This document shows, piece by piece, positions 39,170-41,583 of a stretch of 41,583 nt of DNA. The notes under the pieces are model-generated. The model saw only the letters and a program-made list of their open reading frames with translations, did no database searches and was not told the origin of the DNA. The DNA comes from Clostridia bacterium (GTDB lineage Bacteria > Bacillota > Clostridia > Christensenellales > QALW01): positions 1-41,583 of the forward strand of contig JAZULU010000150.1 of NCBI GenBank assembly GCA_045603265.1. Reading direction: 5' to 3'. Position 1 is the first letter of the stretch. Every line of letters begins with the position of its first letter. The position numbers and the translations under genes were made by a program.

Positions 39170-39788
39170 GATATGCTCACTTGTGCTTATGTGCATATTT
39201 ATTTTTGCAGGCTGTCAGGAAAAAACTCTTGATACCCACGAAGATACAAGTGCAGGCGATTTAGAAAACGTTCAATTTGAAGAAACTGAAAATCCCACCA
39301 ACTTTGTAAAGATCGAAATGATGGATGGCGGAATAATTTTAATCGAACTCTATCCTGACGTTGCCCCCATTACCGTTGAAAACTTTAAAAAACTTGTTTC
39401 TAAAAACTTTTACGATGGACTTATTTTCCACAGAGTTATTAAAGATTTTGTTATTCAAGCAGGTGATCCTACCGGAACGGGATATCACGGAAGCGATGAA
39501 AAAATTAAGGGCGAGTTTGGTATCAACGGATTTTCCAACAATTTAAGCCACACTCCCGGTGTTATTTCCATGGCGCGCGGTGAAGCTTATGATTCGGCAT
39601 CAAGCCAGTTTTTTATCTGCCATGGCGATTGCAGTGAATCCCTTGACGGAAGGTATGCAGGATTTGGAAAAGTTATCGCAGGTATGGATACGGTTGATAA
39701 AATTGCAAAAACTTCAACAAGCGCAGGCGATAGACCTATAAAAGATCAACAGATCTCATCAATCAAATTTGTAAATATTACTAAATAA
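39135..39788 (+). CDS. Cyclophilin-type peptidyl-prolyl isomerase, lipoprotein
   Basis: Lipobox FAGC. APITVENF, FHRVIKDFVIQAGD, SMAR, SQFFI. Start uncertain. Confidence 0.92.
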   Translation: MNFTQALRNLTKICSLVLMCIFIFAGCQEKTLDTHEDTSAGDLENVQFEETENPTNFVKIEMMDGGIILIELYPDVAPITVENFKKLVSKNFYDGLIFHRVIKDFVIQAGDPTGTGYHGSDEKIKGEFGINGFSNNLSHTPGVISMARGEAYDSASSQFFICHGDCSESLDGRYAGFGKVIAGMDTVDKIAKTSTSAGDRPIKDQQISSIKFVNITK

Positions 39789-39852
39789 CGTTTGCAAAAA
39801 AATGGTATATGTTGTAGAATATAATCAACAACTTGAAAGGAAGTATTTTAAA

Positions 39853-40419
39853 ATGGATAAGTTTATTATTGAAACAAGCGCACGCCATGTGCATGTATCT
39901 CAGGAAGCTCTTGAAACTCTTTTCGGTGCAGGCTATACTCTTACACCTAAAAAGGATCTTTCACAGCCCGGTCAGTTCGCTTGCGAAGAACGCGTTACCG
40001 TTGTTGGCACAAAGAAAGAACTTGCAGGCGTAAGCATCTTAGGTCCCGTTCGTCCTGCAACTCAGGTTGAACTTTCCGCAACCGATGCACGTTCTATCGG
40101 TGTTGGCATCGCTATTAAGGAATCAGGTGACGTTGCCGGTACACCCGGTTGCAAACTTGTTGGCCCTTGCGGTGAAGTTGAGATTTCTGAAGGCGTTATC
40201 GTTGCAAAGCGTCATATACATATGACTCCTGCCGATGCTGAAAAACTTGGCGTTAAGGATAAAGAAATTGTTGCTGTTAAGGCTGAATCAGCAGAACGTT
40301 CCTGCATTTTTGAGGACGTTGTTGTTCGCGTTAGCGAGAAATTTGCTTTAGCAATGCATATTGATACTGATGAGTCTAATGCGGCTTATGGTGTAAAGGA
40401 AGGCTATATCGTAAAGTAA
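39853..40419 (+). CDS. pduL: Phosphate propanoyltransferase / PduL-type phosphotransacylase
   Basis: SARHVH, LSQPGQF, LGPVR, AKRHIHM, MHIDTDE. ATG at 39853 preferred. Confidence 0.93.
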   Translation: MDKFIIETSARHVHVSQEALETLFGAGYTLTPKKDLSQPGQFACEERVTVVGTKKELAGVSILGPVRPATQVELSATDARSIGVGIAIKESGDVAGTPGCKLVGPCGEVEISEGVIVAKRHIHMTPADAEKLGVKDKEIVAVKAESAERSCIFEDVVVRVSEKFALAMHIDTDESNAAYGVKEGYIVK

Positions 40420-40444
40420 CAGAGCACGACAATTCTTCGAAACC

Positions 40445-40475
40445 ATCCCCCTTATTTGTAAGGGGGATTTTCTTT
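40445..40475 (+). terminator. Terminator after pduL
   Basis: ATCCCCCTTA-loop-TAAGGGGGAT plus T run. Confidence 0.75.
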
Positions 40476-40900
40476 GTTGTGCGGAGGATAAAAGCTCAAT
40501 TACTTACGCTTATGTAAGCGCATTCGCTTTTACCTCCCCACGCCTTGAATTTCGAATTTTGTCGCACTCTGTTTGTGCGCGGTGAATTGTCGGCTTTAAT
40601 CACTTGTTCACCTGATTTTCAAGTTTTTTTGCACTGCTCTGATATCTATTTAATATTAAATAAGCCACCGAAAATCGGTGGCTGCTTCTTTGTTGCGCGG
40701 AGGATAAAAATTCAATTACTTACGCTTATGTAAGCGCATTCGCTTTTACCTCCTCACGTCTTGAATTTCGAATTTTGTCGCACTCTGTTTGTGCGCGGTG
40801 AATTGTCGGCTTTAATCGCTTGTTCACCTGATTTTCAAGTTTTTTTGCACTGCTCTGATCTGTTTAATATTAAACAAGCCACCGATCTCGGTGGCTTCTT
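40471..40900. repeat. Two tandem copies of a 216-bp structured repeat
   Basis: Copy starts at 40471 and 40687 (TCTTTGTTG..CGGAGGATAAAA). Near-identical throughout. Each copy ends in an AGCCACCG-loop-CGGTGGCT hairpin. Confidence 0.92.
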
Positions 40901-40915
40901 CTTGATATAAAGAAA

Positions 40916-41583
40916 AACCACGCGATAGTCGCGTGGTTCAGTAAAGGTTTACCGGTGAGGATTGAAAAGAAACTCCGATTGTGTATAATGAAAGTATGAC
41001 CTGCCAGTCAGAAATCAAAAACACAATCGGAGGATATTAAAATGAAAGAATCATCTAATACCACAAATAGTTTAGCACACACAAAATGGAATTGCAAGTA
41101 TCATATTGTATTTGCACCAAAATATCGCAGAAAAGTTTTCTATGATGAACATAGGATGGAAGTGCGAGGAATATTAAGACAATTATGTGAGTGGAAAGGC
41201 GTAGAAATAATAGAAGGTGAAGTATGCCAAGATCACGTACATATGTTAGTAAGCATCCCGCCCAAAATGAGCATTTCGGTGTTTATGGGATATTTGAAAG
41301 GGAAAAGTGCAACAATAATATTACAAAGGTTTGGAAATATGAAATTTGCATTCCGAAATCGCGAATTTTGGTGCAAGGGATATTATGTAGATACAGTAGG
41401 AAAAAATACAAAAGCAATACAAGAATATGTTGCAAACCAGTTAAAAGCGGATAGAGAGGCAGATCAGTTGAGTTTGTTCGATCCACGCGACCCGTTAACG
41501 GGTAGCAAGTAACCAATGCATGACTGGCAGGTCAACAAAAGAGCACATTTGTGCTAAGCCAGTGAATAAGGGCTATGCCCGAA
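40916..41583 (+). mobile_element. IS200/IS605-family element, truncated by the window edge
   Basis: Subterminal hairpin AACCACGCGA-TAG-TCGCGTGGTT (40916-40938) followed by tnpA. Exact left cut site not determinable and right end not reached. Confidence 0.85.
41042..41512 (+). CDS. tnpA: IS200-type Y1 HUH transposase
   Basis: SLAHTKWNCKYHIVFAPKYRRK, DHVH (HUH), LKGKS, FWCKGYYVDTVG, EYVANQ. Confidence 0.97.
   Translation: MKESSNTTNSLAHTKWNCKYHIVFAPKYRRKVFYDEHRMEVRGILRQLCEWKGVEIIEGEVCQDHVHMLVSIPPKMSISVFMGYLKGKSATIILQRFGNMKFAFRNREFWCKGYYVDTVGKNTKAIQEYVANQLKADREADQLSLFDPRDPLTGSK

Noticed and set aside
39853-40419. Bacterial microcompartment locus
   Set aside because: pduL stands alone with no shell genes, so it is probably a housekeeping phosphotransacylase.
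40545-40733. 62-aa ORF inside the repeat
   Set aside because: No RBS, spans the repeat junction and has no protein-like features.
40471-40900. CRISPR array
   Set aside because: Only two 216-bp units, no unique spacers and no cas genes.
40471-41512. REPtron (RAYT transposase with REP repeats)
   Set aside because: The transposase has canonical IS200 TnpA motifs and its own subterminal hairpin. The repeats are long and lie outside the element on the only visible side, so adjacency is more simply explained as an insertion hotspot.
154-41516. Remaining short alternative-frame and antisense ORFs in the track (e.g. 25399..25995, 29380..29931, 31237..31425)
   Set aside because: They overlap well-supported genes and show no recognisable motifs or independent expression signals.
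41513-41583. tnpB or omega-RNA downstream of tnpA
   Set aside because: No ORF start with an RBS is evident and the window ends, so it cannot be assessed.

Overview
AT-rich chromosomal window from a Clostridia-class Firmicute, mostly housekeeping and carbohydrate genes. Housekeeping: partial parA/soj, PlsC-like acyltransferase, mntP, rpmE, cysS, argS, luxS-mtnN, a 2[4Fe-4S] ferredoxin missed by the ORF track, a MarR plus heterodimeric ABC exporter operon, cyclophilin and pduL. Carbohydrate genes: GH2 with a GPH symporter and AraC regulator, GH78, and two tandem DUF4038/apiosidase-like paralogs. RNA genes are a probable 6S RNA, tRNA-Gln(CTG) and tRNA-Glu(CTC). An IS200-type tnpA element is cut by the right edge. 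The most unusual signal is non-coding: a family of about 200-bp structured repeats, with one complete copy at 3591-3783, two tandem copies at 40471-40900 and a solo end at 19278. They always sit beside intrinsic terminators, share a 16-bp end motif, and carry a hairpin core resembling the ERIC element known from enterobacteria. There is also a SLOG-like/HTH cassette bracketed by a duplicated terminator, two gene remnants and a small Arc-like regulator. All family calls come from motif recognition; no database search was run.
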